Position numbers and translations under genes: made by a program
NCBI RefSeq assembly: GCF_011745625.1
Contig: NW_027191466.1
Location: 310,001 to 374,000 of the forward strand
DNA length: 64,000 nucleotides
Reading direction: 5' to 3'
Source of the DNA: Cladosporium halotolerans
Taxonomy: Eukaryota
Shown: positions 63,248 through 64,000 of the stretch, in pieces
Position numbering within the stretch: the first letter of the stretch is position 1
Layout: every line of letters begins with the position of its first letter
The notes under the pieces: generated by a model
Told to the model about the DNA's origin: nothing
The model's database searches: none
The model's input: only the letters and a program-made list of their open reading frames with translations

Positions 63248-64000
63248 TTACACGCAGGCATCGGCCATGAGTTCTTTTCACACGCTGCAGTCCTTTCCAT
63301 GATATGTCGACCTCAGCTCGACGACGAGTTAATAATGCCATGTTGATCAAAGACTGATGCCAAGCCCATGTTTTGCAGCGACTCTCAGGGTAATAGTCAT
63401 TCATGATTTAATCTATTTAGAGCTCGTCCAATTGTCAATATACAGTCTGTCCCATGAGATTTAATGCCAAGCAGGCTTCAACCAAGTTCAGCGACAGAAA
63501 CCTTGCAGGGCTTCAGAAACCTGCGCTATGCTGGATACGATGGTTTGAGATAGGACATTTGAGTCCATTGATGTTCCGTCGTTCAGACAGCTTCATGTTG
63601 CCATCATCAATAGCGTAGAAGAAGCCCCCTTGATGGGTCCCGATGTGGGGTGTATCTTTGTAGCAGACAACCACAGTACTGAAGATACTTGGGTACTTCG
63701 CGGGTCGTCAGCAAATCAATGATCCCTATAGCGAGTGATGCTTCCAAATGGCGGTGACAAGAAAAGTGAGTATGTTTGTGAGTGGTGCCACGGCCTAGGC
63801 GAGTGGCAGACGCCATGCGCAGTCGTGCCGGTCATTTCTCGGCAAAAGCCGCAGTGATCGTCATTTGACGCGCTGCGCGATCGATGGAGAGAGCGAATGC
63901 AGATGACCTGTCGCCGAGGTAGGATTCGTCTCTAGTTGACCACGAGACTAACCCCTCAAGCATATGACTGCTTGTCCACCTTTCGAGTAGAGCATACATT

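Noticed and set aside
63420..63816. Possible degenerate minus-strand coding fragment with a branch/acceptor-like signal near 63700
   Set aside because: No convincing donor, start or domain within the window.

Overview
Gene-dense eukaryotic DNA from a filamentous ascomycete (Pezizomycotina; a Dothideomycete is plausible but only inferred). Introns are short GT-AG introns with CTRAY branch sites, and coding GC3 is high. I can support about 24 protein-coding genes and one intron-containing tRNA-Glu(CTC). Housekeeping genes: 3' end of SNU23, TOP2, an Xbp1-type APSES factor, RAT1/XRN2, USO1/p115, ERV25, a class III chitin synthase, RRP4 and MTG2. Accessory or secreted genes: GST, CYP52-like P450, two alpha/beta-hydrolases, two MFS transporters, a signal-peptide catalase, an amidase, a DUF218 protein, an NmrA-like reductase, an SDR and a laccase. 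No intact transposon or CRISPR array is visible. Three signals stand out. (1) A secreted alpha/beta-hydrolase-fold gene ends in TGA-CGG, followed in frame by 64 codons forming a complete GPI-anchor signal; this suggests stop-codon recoding that switches between secreted and cell-surface forms, or a recent nonsense allele. (2) The SDR gene has a [D1,2] spliceosomal twin intron (stwintron), and only the two-step splice restores the catalytic frame. (3) A compact multi-stem RNA structure lies 12 nt after the stop of an orphan low-complexity gene. All calls come from manual reading; no database search was run.
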